A stretch of DNA of 64,000 bases from Paraspadella gotoi (lineage: Eukaryota > Animalia > Chaetognatha). The stretch covers positions 26,292,851 through 26,356,850 of the forward strand of contig CM119266.1 in the NCBI GenBank assembly GCA_051294375.1, written 5' to 3'. A program made the translations under genes and the position numbers. Shown in pieces: positions 1 to 13,103 of the stretch. The stretch's first letter is position 1, and every line of letters starts with the position of its first letter. Below the pieces are notes generated by a model. That model saw only the letters and a program-made list of their open reading frames with translations. It ran no database searches and was not told the origin of the DNA.

Positions 1-141
1 GGCGAGACATAGTTGAACGATGCAGTCTTTGAGTAACTGATGGATCTTATGACGTTCCACATAAGCTTCGCATTCTTTGAGGTTGGTCTCGGAGGCAGAA
101 GCTCCGTCACGCGTCGTCGTCGAGCTACTAGGCGACGCCAT
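1..141 (-). CDS. PRKAR1: cAMP-dependent protein kinase type I regulatory subunit, N-terminal part (continues beyond window start)
   Basis: Hand translation from ATG at 141: [47 protein letters not shown], matching the RI dimerisation/docking domain ([25 protein letters not shown] in vertebrate RI-alpha). Not in the ORF track. Confidence 0.9.
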   Translation of the reverse strand, partial: MASPSSSTTTRDGASASETNLKECEAYVERHKIHQLLKDCIVQLCLA

Positions 142-531
142 TCTTACTTTATTTTTTTCAATACGGTTTTTTGTTTTGTTTCTTTAGTGAAACATCACGC
201 GTATTCTTCGGAATTAAAAATGAACGGAAAATAAACGAATAAGAAAATTTCCAACGGTGGAAATTACAGACACAAACTTGTATAGAAAAAACTTTTTAAA
301 AAATTAACAAAAACTAATGAGAGCGAAAGTAAAACGAGATTAACAAGACTAACTGAAAACTCCGTTAATAACTACAGTATGAGGATACTGTAAAAAAACT
401 AAACCAATAGTATGACAGGAAATAGATCAAATGGTAAAAACAAAACTGACGTTCAGTCCTTAATTGCATTGCATTGATAATAAAAATATCTATAAAATGA
501 AAAGATTAACGACGCTCTTCGATACACGACG

Positions 532-1666
532 CTATTCGAAAAACAACGCCTTCAAAAGGAACAAAGCGGCCATCAGAATCGCTTTTAGGGAAACGTCCAA
601 AGACTTTGGAAAGCTGACACCGACGGCGCCGGAAGCGGAAATGGCGTCAGATCCGGGCGGACCGACTCGAGAGAGGAACTGATCGTGGCAAGAACACAAA
701 TTTAAAAACGAGAGACCAAACTTTATACCGCGGGAACGAACCTTGCCAATTTGTACTTTCCCGTCGGCGTCAAAAATTTTGAAATCGCGATCGGCCCGGT
801 TGGATCCCATTAAAGGAACGCGGCGCCTCTTGACGTGGCAAAGCGCCGAGACATCGTCGCCGGCGTGGACGGTAAGAACGTCGTGAAAGGCCGCCCACCG
901 TAGACGGACGCAGCCGAAGACACCTCGCGAGTGTGACGACACGTCAACGCGCGGAAGGCAGGCAGGAACCAAGAAAGAATTGCATCCGGCGGGACGGCGA
1001 ATGGAGAAAAGCTTTGGAGGCATCAACGAAGAAAAGCGGAATTAAAATTGAAATACATTGCGAATCTTACGCTTCTTCCGGATTGGCCACACCTCCTTGT
1101 AGGCGTGGTCCGTGACGGTGATCTCGAAAGGCCTGTTCTTGCCCATCATTCTGGCTCCGCAACTGACATCTTCCGAGGCCGACAAGACGCGACGTCCCAG
1201 CGCGTCTGCAAAGACGAACTCACCGCCTTCTCGCCAGACGCGCACGTGATCAATCGAGGCGAGGGGCGCGAGACCGAAAGGGTCATCCGTCTCGTTGGCG
1301 GGATTATACAGCGTCAACGGAATCGACTGAAGTTGCGATGGAGAAAGAATCATCGGAGAAACGATGGAGATGTTATGGTTGGTCGTCGGAGAGGGAACAT
1401 CTAAAGGACCGCGATTGACGACGAAGCAGCGAGAATGAAAAACGATGATGAAACTATTTCGAACTACAGTAGCTAGATTTACCGATTCCGCTCTCGTTAC
1501 TTGGATGCGAGTCCGCGGATATGCGTCGCACTGCGGGAGAATCCCCGCCGTCGCCCGGAGGTTCTGCGTAGAACGGAGTGTAAGGCGGTGGCTTTGGTTT
1601 CTCGGGTGCCGAAGGCGCGGCAACGGGGTCTCCTTCGCAACCCTCGGAAATTTTTTCCAGCGACAT
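532..1666 (-). CDS. Phospholipid scramblase family protein (multi-exon)
   Basis: Pro-rich N-terminus (PKPPPYTPFY), scramblase-like core (NRPFEITVTD; DFKIFDADGKVQIGK) and C-terminal VSFPKSLDVSLKAILMAALFLLKALFFE*, like PLSCR [26 protein letters not shown]. Confidence 0.8.
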
Positions 1667-1924
1667 TTTTTTTCTGATTCGAGCTATGAGACTGGACTGA
1701 CTAAATATTTAACAAAAAGTGAAAAAAAAAAAGATGTACAATGAATACATGCATATTTATTGGGCGTCTCTCGTGGGTTGCACCCAGACAATCTACAATC
1801 AATGAAAATAATTGACTTATCCGATCGCGGATTGATGTAAGAGCCAATTTTGAAAAAAGCGTGTTTTGGACTGTTGAAGGGCTAAAAGGCCCGAAAAAAC
1901 AAAAGCGTAAGTCGCCTTGTTCGT

Positions 1925-4900
1925 TCACAGAGGAGCATTGTCGTCGTCCTCGTTTTCTGAATCTGTTCCAAAAATGAAAAATAACATTGAATTTTTAGTT
2001 GCGCCGCGAGTCACTTTTCGGTCGGTCGGTCGGTCTGTCTCACTTATGTTAAAAATGCATATAATTTGTTTATACTATATACGGCTATAGTTGGTTGATG
2101 TTTTGTTAAGACAGGAAAAAAAATTATACTAATCACAGTATTACAAACAAGGAACTCACCGTCAGCTTCTTCGATTTCGTGAACATCTTCATCGCTAGAG
2201 TCTAAAAAGATCTCGTCGTCGTCGTCGTCCGAAAGGGCGACCGCAATGGGACCAAACAATTGTCCTCCAGCTCCATCAGTCGGGTGTCGAAGAAAGCCTA
2301 CGAAACCGAAAATGTTAACAAAAGAAAACAAATTTTTGTTTCCGCTTTTATCCGAATACAACAAGGTTGATTCAGTATAATCATCATCAACAAACAAACA
2401 GACTAAGTCTGTGCAAACAAAAAACATAATAAAATAGAGAAAAAAAAGTTAATTAAATAAAATTAATTAATTAATTCTTATGTGGCAAAAAATGGAACAA
2501 GTTTCTGAAGAACAATATTTTTCATTGTGTAGATCTTTGAGATAAAGGTTTTCTTACGATTATTAAAAATAGTAAATAGGTCGTGGTATCCAAACATACT
2601 CCTAAGTTCTCTCACACTTTCCCATCGATTATATCCAAAAATCCTTCGGGCACCATCCTTTACAGCTACATTTATATCTAAACCTGGAAATTGAGTGGGC
2701 CTGGCGACGGAGACAGAGTCCTCAAGAGCCGCGATGCGCCCGAGTGCCGAGACGCGGGATCGAATCATAGAAGCAAGTGGGCGAGGAAGACAAGTATCCA
2801 ACGAGGGGAGACAATCGCTAGGAAAAAAACACAGACAGCCAATCAATTAATTCATTATCTTTCGGTTTGGATTTTCTTTTTTTTACCCCTCAGACTGGCC
2901 CTTCACGAAACCTCTTGCCCTCCGTATCGAACGCGACACGACCTCGAGCGTCAGACGGGTAAGCGATTCCGCCTCGAACCGGAAGCGAATCAAGTGTGAG
3001 GAGTGAAGAGTTTCGCTTGGCGTGCGCCCGATCGGCGACAGCATTCCACCAAACACGTAAACGCCGGGAGCGCCTGCACTTGTGGGCGGGCTGGTCACGG
3101 TTACGCCCGTGTGCCAGAAAAGACCTGTGAATGTTGTGAAATAAATGGTCCGCTTTAAATAAATTATATTTTTTAATATTTTGTTTATCAATATTTAGTA
3201 AATTTTTAAAGAAATTGTTACCCTTCTTGGAGAGCGGAGTATCGACATTTTCCGGCCAAGGCATCGGAGGAAAAAGCGGTAAGTTCCCAAGGTCAGGAAG
3301 ATCGCGAACGAGATTCCAGGCGAAGGAGTGGACGTCGAAAAGGAAGCCGTCGTGAAGAGGGCGCGAGTTTTGGTCATAGCCGCCGAAGAGAAAGAGAAGC
3401 GAAGGGGATATCGGAGAGAGAGAAGACCAAGACCGACCTTATAATAGTAAATAAAATTTACGGATAATAAATTAGCCGACCCTCGTGACCTCACCGGCTG
3501 GAGGTATGCAGCCCGGAGGAACTGGCAGTTCTCCGCTCCATTCCATAGTTTCCAAGTCGAGTCGGTGCATGTCAGCGTGCCGCGTCAATTCATGACGACC
3601 ACCGAAAAGAAAGACGTAGCTACCGACTCGCGCGCACGCCATCGCCGCCCGCGGCAATGGTCGTGTTCCCAGAGTGGCCACACTTGACCACGACTCTGAG
3701 TCGAGATCAAAAGCGACGAGCTGTCGTTAGACAACGAGAAGACAAGATTACTTATAAAGTAAATAATCTCATCAATATCTCACCAGTAATAAAATATCCG
3801 TCACTATTGGCGTTAAACCTGGTTGTTCCAGCCTCGAGAAGCGCTGATGGGATTGGCAGTGATATCTGGTCGCCACACTCCGTCGCCCTTAATGAAGGTT
3901 GGATCGGAGTCGATGCGAGGACCGAAACCCCCGAAAAAAAAGAGCCGATTCCCGTAGGTCCAACCGCAAAGTTTGTCGCGGCGAGAGGGAAGGGAGGAAG
4001 GGCGAGGAGTCGCATCGGAAATTCTGAAAGGTTCAAATTGAACGAAATGACCAAGTTGTCGCAGCTGTAATTTTAAGTTTAAAAATTAAGTTTAAGAGAA
4101 GTCATAAGATAAAAAAAAAAAAAAATTCTGTGAAGATTGAATTCCTTTGCCAAAGCAAATGACCGAAAGATCAAAGAATTATTGTTATTCTTTCTTTTAG
4201 GAGTCTACGTCGTTCTTAGAAATCGAGGAAGACTTTTTCAATTGAGATTTTCGTTAAAATCTGACTACCAAATAATGTCAACGCTCCTGGAAAAAATTCA
4301 GGTAAAAAATAGATGTAAAAACACTCGATTCCGATCCTGTTGCATCTGAAGGGCTCGCATTTTTTTTCTCTTGACAAATAACCATCATTTTGACATCAAA
4401 CCATCAGATTCAAATGGACTGGTCCGCTCGGGAAAATATTTTTGACGCAATTTTTATATATAAAATAAAGGGATTTCTCAACTTCAATACAATGTCAACG
4501 CATTTAACATATGTTGTGATTTTACAATAAACTTCAAATTCAGGAATCCGATAGCCATATGTCTGAAGGGCTCTCAAAATTTTTCTTTACATTTTATTTG
4601 GTTATTTTGATATGATACGATCATGGGAAAGTGAATTAGTCCATTTTGGTGAAATTTTTATTTAAAGTAAAAGTAAAAGAGGAGCTAACGATCGGAATTC
4701 TAAGAGTTTTCAACCGGGAGTCAGATTCGGGGAAAATCTTCTATGGCGAAAATCTTCCAAAGAAGGGGTCAATTTTCCGAAGATTTTGGTTAATATTTTC
4801 TATATTTATGGTAGGATTTTTTTGAAACTTAATATTAACAATATTGCCATCATTCTACCTTGGCCGGTATAAGAATATATTAAAAAAACCTCTGGCTTTG

Positions 4901-7900
4901 TTCGTCAGAGCTTAGTCCTATTTCTTTAGAAAGAGAGAAACTTTGAACGTTTGAAATTTTTTTCTCGATCGCAACTCATTCATCGTTTTTGCCACTATTT
5001 TTCTCGAGGACCTTCGGCCCTCCACTATACTTGTTCGCGGCAGAACCACGAGCGATTTATTTGAGAGCCTTGGTTAGAGATCACACGCCATATGTCTCCT
5101 AACTTTTTTTAATAGTAACCCTTCATATAACTAACTGTAATGGGAGGGAAAAACAATTTCTACAGGGGTGGGACCACATATCTGGAAACAATTTTAAAAA
5201 TTTGATATAATGCATATTTTGATGCAGCAAAAGCAACTGCTGTGTTTTCTCAGCGCGGTTTGGAAAAAAAAAGTTACTTATTCAATAAGTTATTGTTTAA
5301 TCCTATTCTAAAATTCTAAAATTTCTTCATAAAATTATTAAAATAGAAAAATAAAAAATAGTGAAACAAGTAATTTGCAAATTTTCATATGTCACATAAA
5401 ATTATTAATGAAAATGCTTATTTATAGTATAAGAATGCTCTTGGTATGGTATACATTATATTTTTGTCAAAAAAATATTGTAGTAGTTAAGGTTCGGGTA
5501 AGTTACTATTATAATCAAATTTTTCCCCTACCCCACAATAGAAACAAATAAAAATATTTTCGTCATATTCCATTTATTGAATATCAAATGGTACCGAAGG
5601 TACAATTCATCAAGTTTAGGTTTAATCCGCGATCTTTCAATTTTATCTTTAAAACTCTTCGAAGAGAGATTTGAACTTGTCCGAAGCACCGATGTGTATG
5701 TGCTCTTCGTTTTTTTGGGCGTGAAAGTACTGCGCATCCCCTGGTCCGGCGAGCTCGGGCACAAAAGGCGGGCGCACGGTTTGATTGTAAATTCCTTGAA
5801 AAGACGTCGTAGAGAACCAAGGATGATTGAGGACGTCCAAAGCTCCAGCTGAAACCAAAAATGACAAATTGGAAGGGAAAACATGAAAACTTACCAAGAT
5901 TTTAGCTATAAACCAAGTGGAAAATCACCAAGAAAGAAACCTACCCTTGAGGCAACCGTAACGTTTTGATACGTCATTGTTGAGCAAAGATCGAATGATG
6001 TCGCACAATTCCGAAGAAAAAAATTCAGGACATTTGAAGTTCCCCTTGACTATGCGAGCGTACATCTCCGAATGATCTTAGATTAATTCAAAGCGAGATA
6101 AAAAATCTTAAAAGCATAAGCAATTGCATAAAGAGAGAGAGAGAGAGAGAGAAATAAAAACGAAAAAAAACCCCGATGTTGCGATAGCAAAATGATAACA
6201 TGCACGAATGCGATGCCTAATTTTACGAGTTCAATCCTAATTAACTTTTTTTTTTAATAAAAACGCAGAGAAAGAGACAGAGAGAGAGAGAGGCCAAATC
6301 GTTTTCGGACGAATCAGCAGCGGCAGCAGCAGAGGCAGCCAGAAAAAAAAGAAATCATAAGGTAGAAGCAGCAGAAGAAAAGAAAGAAAAAGAAAGAAAG
6401 CCCCTGCAGAGCCAGCTGCAGACTCGTTTTTTTTTCGATGAATCAGCCTGGGGAAGAGAGAGAGAGCTACATATAATTAAAAGAGAAAAGAGAGAGAGAG
6501 AGAAGACAAAAAAAATTTATTTATTTTGATAAAACATAAACAAAACATATTTAATAACTGTCCTCACCCAATTTCAAGGACCTCGATGATGAGAAGCTAT
6601 ATATAAATTTTCAGCTTCATACACCCAAATTTAATCATGAAAAAGGCGATCTATAAATTGGAACGCCAACGACGACGACGACGCCTACGCCACTTAAGTG
6701 CAAAACCACGTCAAAATCGTCGCAATCGTTTAGAAAAATACAATAACTGAATAAGAGAAAAAGATGAACCTTTGCAGTGAAAGGGAACGTTTCCTGCAGC
6801 CATCTCGTAAATCAAAATCCCTACGGTCCACCAATCAACGGATTTCCCGTAACCTGGCGGCGCAGTTAAATTAAATAAGACGAAAAGAGAAAATCTCATC
6901 TTGTGTGAATCTTTGCACCTTTGTGCTTGATGACCTCAGGAGCAAGATATTCTGGCGTTCCGCAAAGTGTGTATGTTCTGATAAATAACTCGGTTAAAAC
7001 AGACGAAATAAAACTATTTTTCAAGGGCACCTTTGATCTTCGGCAATTCGTTTTGCGAATCCAAAATCGGTTATCTTTGTGTAACCAGTTGACGTGAGCA
7101 ACATATTTTCTGGCTTTAAATCTCTATTCCACAATTAAGAAAAATTAGTAACACTTATACCACTGTCGTAACCTTTGATAGGTTTTACCGGTAAATTATT
7201 CCCAGTCTGTGCAAAAAGTCGAAAGATAAGACGACTTGGGCGCAGTAAAACCTTAAAGAGACGCGCGTTTCCAGTCAACTAAGGTATCGGATCTAAAAAT
7301 AAAAATATAGGTCCACAACCTCGTTGACGATTCATTGAAGCGCCGAGACTTTCTAAGGTGAGTAAACATTTCGCCCCCGTTCTCGAATGACAAAACCATG
7401 TAAAGGTTCGAGGTGTCCTATTAAACAAAAATCAACCCATTCACCACCGTAATTCCATTTTTATCATTCAATTTTTTTTGCCTTGAAGCAGTACACGAGA
7501 CGTACGATGAATGGAAAATCTATCGCTTGAAGAATTTTTTTCTCGTTCAAAGTATGTTCAACCTAAAGTAATCAGAGGAGGATTTAGCTTGCCGTTCCAT
7601 TCCTCCTGCCCCTCGGTATATTTTGTCTAGCGATACATTCTCTAGTTTCTACTCTTCGCGAAATATACGATTTTTTCCTTCTATTTCCTCACGCCTTCAA
7701 TACCCCTAAAGTAGAAATCTACTATGAAATTAAATTCAATAGGGGCGGGGGTTCAAAACTTTAGTCTTGAAGTCTACTTTTAGGTAAAAAAAGAATTTTT
7801 AAAAAATGTTCGATTTTTATGCTTTTATTACAATATTACTATATAATGATAAAAAAAAAATTTAATCAATCTTAACTTTTTTTGATGGATTCTGTTAGAG

Positions 7901-10900
7901 CATAAAAAGTTAAATAAAAACTTTCAAAAATATTTAGGTTTTCTTGGTCAAAATTAAGGAAAAAGTAATAAAATAATCGAAAAATGATGATGATGATTAT
8001 AAATAGTTTTTCATATTTTTCACACACTTATGATCAAAATATTGAAAAAAGAATTATACTTTGTATAGACAACTTTAAAAATAAAAAAAAAAAATTTTTT
8101 AGCCTTTCCTATTTATAAATAAATATTAAAAAATTAATATATGGAGTATGGAGTAATATTAAAAATTTTTATCTATTCAATTTTTTAAAAAAATGTTTAA
8201 ATTTTCGTTTGAGCAGGTGCTTAATTCAAATTTCTTAACCACCTTACTGAGTTAGTTTCCCCCTATAAAGGTAATGACTAATAAATCGAAATTGTTCTTA
8301 TAACCCCTAAAATGAATCGAGAGCCAAACCTGTTTTGTCTTGACGACCTTTTCTTTGACAAGAAGTTTCATGGCGAAATATTCCTTTGTTTTCTGATGTT
8401 TCACCTTTTTGATATAACCAGAAACGACTTGGATAAATTGTTTCAACAATACAGCAAGTAAGGGGATGAAAAACGAACCAAAATAACTCGCCCGAAAGAT
8501 CCCGAACCCAAAGTACGAGTCAAACGAAAATCGTCCAATTTTCCGTTGTCCCTCATCGGATTAGCCCACTGAGTTTCGAAGTACGCTTTGTGTCTTAACA
8601 AAAAATTGTGCAAATTTTCAAACTTTTTAAAGGCGGTTAAAAGAACGTTAAAAATAACTATTACCTAAAATATGGCAGATTGACATTAATTAACAATAAA
8701 TGTTTATAAAATTAAAAACATGCGGCGACAATAACAACAACACCAACTTGGTGATAGCTTCAGTCCACCACACATCAGCCGCGTCGTTCTGACCACTAGC
8801 GATGTTGTTGAGGCTCAATACTGTGGTCTGAGAAAGAGCCTGGGCGGAACTTACCCGGTTACGATTGCTGAAATTGAGTGCATGTAAATGATAAAATTGC
8901 CAGAATTGACGATTTATATAGGATAATAACGAATAAACTATCAACATAAATGCGGACAAAAATAGGAAAAAAATTATATCAACGTTTACTCAGAAACCAC
9001 AATGCTGATAATAATAAAGCATATTAATTAAGTAGCTTAAACCGAATCCTTGACAAAAAAAAATGGGTACTACCTTTTTTTTCATTCAGCAGATTATAAT
9101 TTTTTTCATCCATCGTACCTGGCTTTCGAAGCTAAGGTCTTGGCATTGGCGTTTACATCGTACAAGATGTCCGAATTTCTAAATGTTTCATCAATAACAG
9201 TAAAAGAAACTTTTTAGGGTCTTCCCCAGAGAATTCGAGACGATCGAAAGAAACCTACCGAAGAATTGACCTTAGCGGCTTGTTGGCAGCAGCTATGGGC
9301 CTCAAAGGCATGATGATTTTGTGCGATCAAGAAAAAAAAACGAGATCGAGAGATTTAGCTACAAATAATCGAGACGGAAATTTGTTCTTGCCGCCAAAGA
9401 TTCCAAAAAAAAGTTTTTTTCATAATAATACTTTATGGGTTATAGAAACAATATTCGCTACGCTATATAATTAAGAGTCGTTACTTCAATTCACTCCCGG
9501 TTATTAGTCAGAAGAGTAGCATAAAACTCAAAAACCCATTACATTATAAAAGAATATACTCTATATATAGTGAAATTTATTAAATTCTAACATTTATTTT
9601 AAAATTTTAATCTAAAATTTTAAAGTCTAATTTAGTAAAACAAGTAATCTTGCAATTTTTCATAAAGTGGCTAGCGGTTTATCTGATATCTTGCGCTCCT
9701 TTCTCTCCTAGCTTTTGAGTATTTTTTCCCCCAATTTTTATTTCAATTATAACCTTTTAAAGGCATAAACAACATATAACTTTTTAACATTTCTCATCTG
9801 TAAATAAATATTGAAAAATCTTAAAGTATTCAGGGGTGGGACAAAACTGCCCTGTCTGAACGATTTGAGATACAATAATAAAATGAGTGGGAAAAGTTTT
9901 ATCTGGATTTTCACTTTCATATACAATGAAACAATACATTTTTAAGCAACCGCAAGGCGTCGTGGATGTTTTCAAATCAATTAGTCGTTTTTATGCACGC
10001 GCATTGTAGTGCATACGATGAAAGCCGTACTTGTTAAATATTTTTCAGTTGTCATTTCTTAACATGACAGTGTTATGTGTTTGTTTTATCTTCAATTTAC
10101 CTGATTTTAAGCTTTTCATAAATTTCCAAATTGAACCCATGTACAGAAGGCTTCATATTATAAAATGTGGTGCCCCTTTTTTGTGACCAGAACACGTTCC
10201 GAGAAACTATTGAATAGATTTTAATGAAATTTGGTATAAACGATCCCTATGTAAATACAAATAAAAATATCGAGGCGAATTTCAATATTGCACTTGCCGC
10301 TGAGCCCGACGTATTGGGGCCCGGTAGGGGTCACTCATGGGGGCAAAAATGGTTAAAATTTGTTGTTATTATTATTTTTTTTTTTTTTGGAACAGTTGCC
10401 CAGACATTTACTCTTCCACAAAAATGTATTTATTTCCACAAAAAATATTAGTTTACCATAAGTTTCAGCTTCATGAAACATCAGCTGTTCAAGTCAGATT
10501 TGGAATAATTCTGGAAAATTTGGAGAAAAACGATGAACCATGCATCTTCAAACACCGATTAATTAGCAAAAAAATTTATTTTAATTTTAGTTTTAAAAAA
10601 TATTTTTATATGGTTAAAACATCGATGAACCTGATTCTACTAAAAAAATATAAAAAATGCAAACATAAATTTTAGCCTTTTTTGGCCCCCCAGGGCCCTG
10701 TATCTCTTGTCAGGGGTTGAATTTTAAAATGCGCCTCAATAGTTCCATTTATATTGTCATTTGAACTCTAAATGTAAAATTTCATGAAATTCGATTCAGT
10801 AGTTTGGTGGGAACAGATTTTGGTCACAAAAAAGGGGTACTGTGGACGAACAATTACAACACGCAAATGGTTTGACCGAGGTTGCGTGTTGTAATTGTTC

Positions 10901-12067
10901 GTCCACAGTACCTCATTTTATAATATGAAGCCTTCTGTAATTATTTTTCAGGTAAATAAAATAAAATTTTAGGAAGATTTTAACAAATATGCTTAATTCG
11001 TCAAATACTTTGTGTATTTCTTACCATTTAGACCCTTTTATTATGTATTAAGAAATTTTACATGATTAATTTAATTATCTGACAAATCAAATCTTTTGAT
11101 ACAACTAAGTTTTATTAAAAATTAATAGAACCTTACCTGCTTACTTCAAAATTTTTGTAACCAAAATGCAATGTCCCCCTTGCCAGAATCATTAGTATAC
11201 TACAAATATGTATTTTTTATTTTATGTATTTTATGTATTCATTAATACAACGATAATCATTCATTAATACAATGATAATCATTAATGCCAAGAATCATTA
11301 ATACATTTGTTGCCATAAATTATTCCTTGATGCAATGATAGCGATTCCTTGATACGATGAGTCATTCATTGATGCAAAGATAATCATCCATTAATGAGAT
11401 ACTAGTCATGAATAAATGATGATAATCGTTTATTGATGCGATGATAATCATCCATTGATGCGTGGATAAACGTTTATTAATACAACTATAACGATTAATT
11501 ATCAATGCAATAATATTTGATAATGATCATGATCGTCGGTGACCGGTTGTACTGCGGCTCAGGTTCCGAGAAAACGTACCGTTTTTCGTCATCGTCGTCT
11601 TCCTCGTCTTCGTCTTCGTAATGAGGAAGTCCGTCGGCCCTCGTCCAGACGAAGGTCTTTAAGTTCAACTTGTACAATGAGTTGAGGTTCGAATGACTTT
11701 CGGTAAACCCGGCAAAGAGATACATAAAGTGACTGTGAACGACAGCGCAACTACCTGCGAGGAATAATTATAAATTAATAAGGGCAAAACAAATACACTT
11801 AAATAAGCGAAGTGGATACGCACCTGACGAGACTCGCGGCAGTTGTCCAGTGCACTCTTGACGTCTCCATTCTTGAGTGAAAGTGTTGAAGATCCAGACG
11901 ACGTAATTGGGTAGGTAACGTTCGTCCGTCCAACGAGCCACGTTTAGTTCTTGGTAGCCTCCCCATACGTACACGCAGGGTCCATAAGCGACGGACACGT
12001 GACCCGAGCGCGACTCTGGTCGCGCCGATAGAGGGCGAAGGTGACACGGGACAATCTCGTGCGCCAT
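1925..12067 (-). CDS. KLHDC2: Kelch domain-containing protein 2/1-like (about 9 exons; 7.5 kb intron 4024-11579)
   Basis: Exons in colinear order: [19 protein letters not shown] (12067-), [35 protein letters not shown]...RGWNNQ (4023-3820), [45 protein letters not shown]...[17 protein letters not shown] (BC-box-like), then an acidic tail ending DDDNAPL* at 1925. Confidence 0.85.
4205..4920. repeat. About 700-bp dispersed repeat (second copy about 31498-32188)
   Basis: Colinear similarity from TACGTCGTTCTTAGA to GCTTTGTTCGTCAGAGCTTAGTCCTA. Confidence 0.8.
5649..9311 (-). CDS. Divergent PKA catalytic subunit-like Ser/Thr kinase, nested in the KLHDC2 intron
   Basis: Exons encode [87 protein letters not shown] and a C-terminal FEEF* hydrophobic motif. 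The N-terminal exons (9311-8750) are less certain. Confidence 0.88.
10144..10937. mobile_element. Tc1/mariner-type MITE
   Basis: TIR CAGAAGGCTTCATATTATAAAATG flanked by TA on both sides. A shorter copy lies at about 55232-55540. Confidence 0.75.
10840..10908. mobile_element. 69-bp palindromic MITE nested in the above
   Basis: 27-bp TIR CTGTGGACGAACAATTACAACACGCAA and TA TSD. The empty site GGGGTACCTCATTTT is present in the 55.5 kb copy. Confidence 0.8.
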
Positions 12068-12571
12068 GTATCTGAGATTCTCTTCAAAGTTTTAGAGCTA
12101 CGGGATTAAAATTCTACATTTTCTCCCCACCGAGCTATTTATTCCGAAAAGAAAAAGAGGGTTCTCCCTTCCCTACATTTGTTGCTAAAAAAATACAGAG
12201 GTGAGGGGATGCGCCATTTAAACATATTTAAATTTTTTAAAAGTGAAATGAAGTATCCAATTGAAGAAAATTAATCGAGATAAAAAACTCGAATATCACA
12301 TTAATGATACACATTTTCATGGATAAAAACAACTTAACAAGTGCTAATGGTTCTTCTGTGGGACCATTGTAACGCAGAAAGTGCGAAATGTCCTTGTTCA
12401 CATTTTACTAAGATTAAAAAAATACGAAAACCAAAGAGCATGAATGTAAACGAATTTAAAACTTCCTATCTCGTGAAAAATTATTTTTCTCAACAATGTG
12501 TTCAGTTTAAAGTAAAGAACAGGAAAAAAAGAGAAACATACGGAATCTCGCGATACAAGGGAGAAAGAAAT

Positions 12572-12933
12572 TCAAAGCGCTAAAAAGGATTCGCACCATT
12601 CCCGAAGGCAGTCGGAACAGTCCGTCTGTTGCTTTTTGTTCGCTCCGCAGGTTTCCTTCAACCATTCCTTGAAGAGCTCCTCGTTCTTTTTCAAGAGGAG
12701 GAACTGACCTAAAACAACGAAGGCCTGATGGAGAAAAAATTTATAATTCATTATTCATTAATCTTTTCCAATATTGTCAGTCTACCGAAAATTTTTTCGC
12801 CGTTCACCTTATCGAATCCTTGTTCCTCCAGCCTTTTGCCCAACACCTCGCCTATGCCGGCCAAATCCGTCACGGGCTTCTCACCCATCGGCTCCGACAC
12901 GAAGTTCCTGTGCTTCTGTGAAGTCGACGACAT
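12572..12933 (-). CDS. BANF1: Barrier-to-autointegration factor (2 exons)
   Basis: [42 protein letters not shown] / [50 protein letters not shown]. Confidence 0.95.
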
Positions 12934-13103
12934 TTTTACTGAAAGCTGTTTTAATTTCGAAGGATCGAACTTAATTTTGTTTACAATCGCGTAAATGGAA
13001 AGTATGTACAACTTTCTGGAAAAAGAAATGTCAATAACTATTTTCTTAACGAAAAACAAGTTTAACAACTCATTTACAAAATAATAAATACTAAAAAGTG
13101 GTA

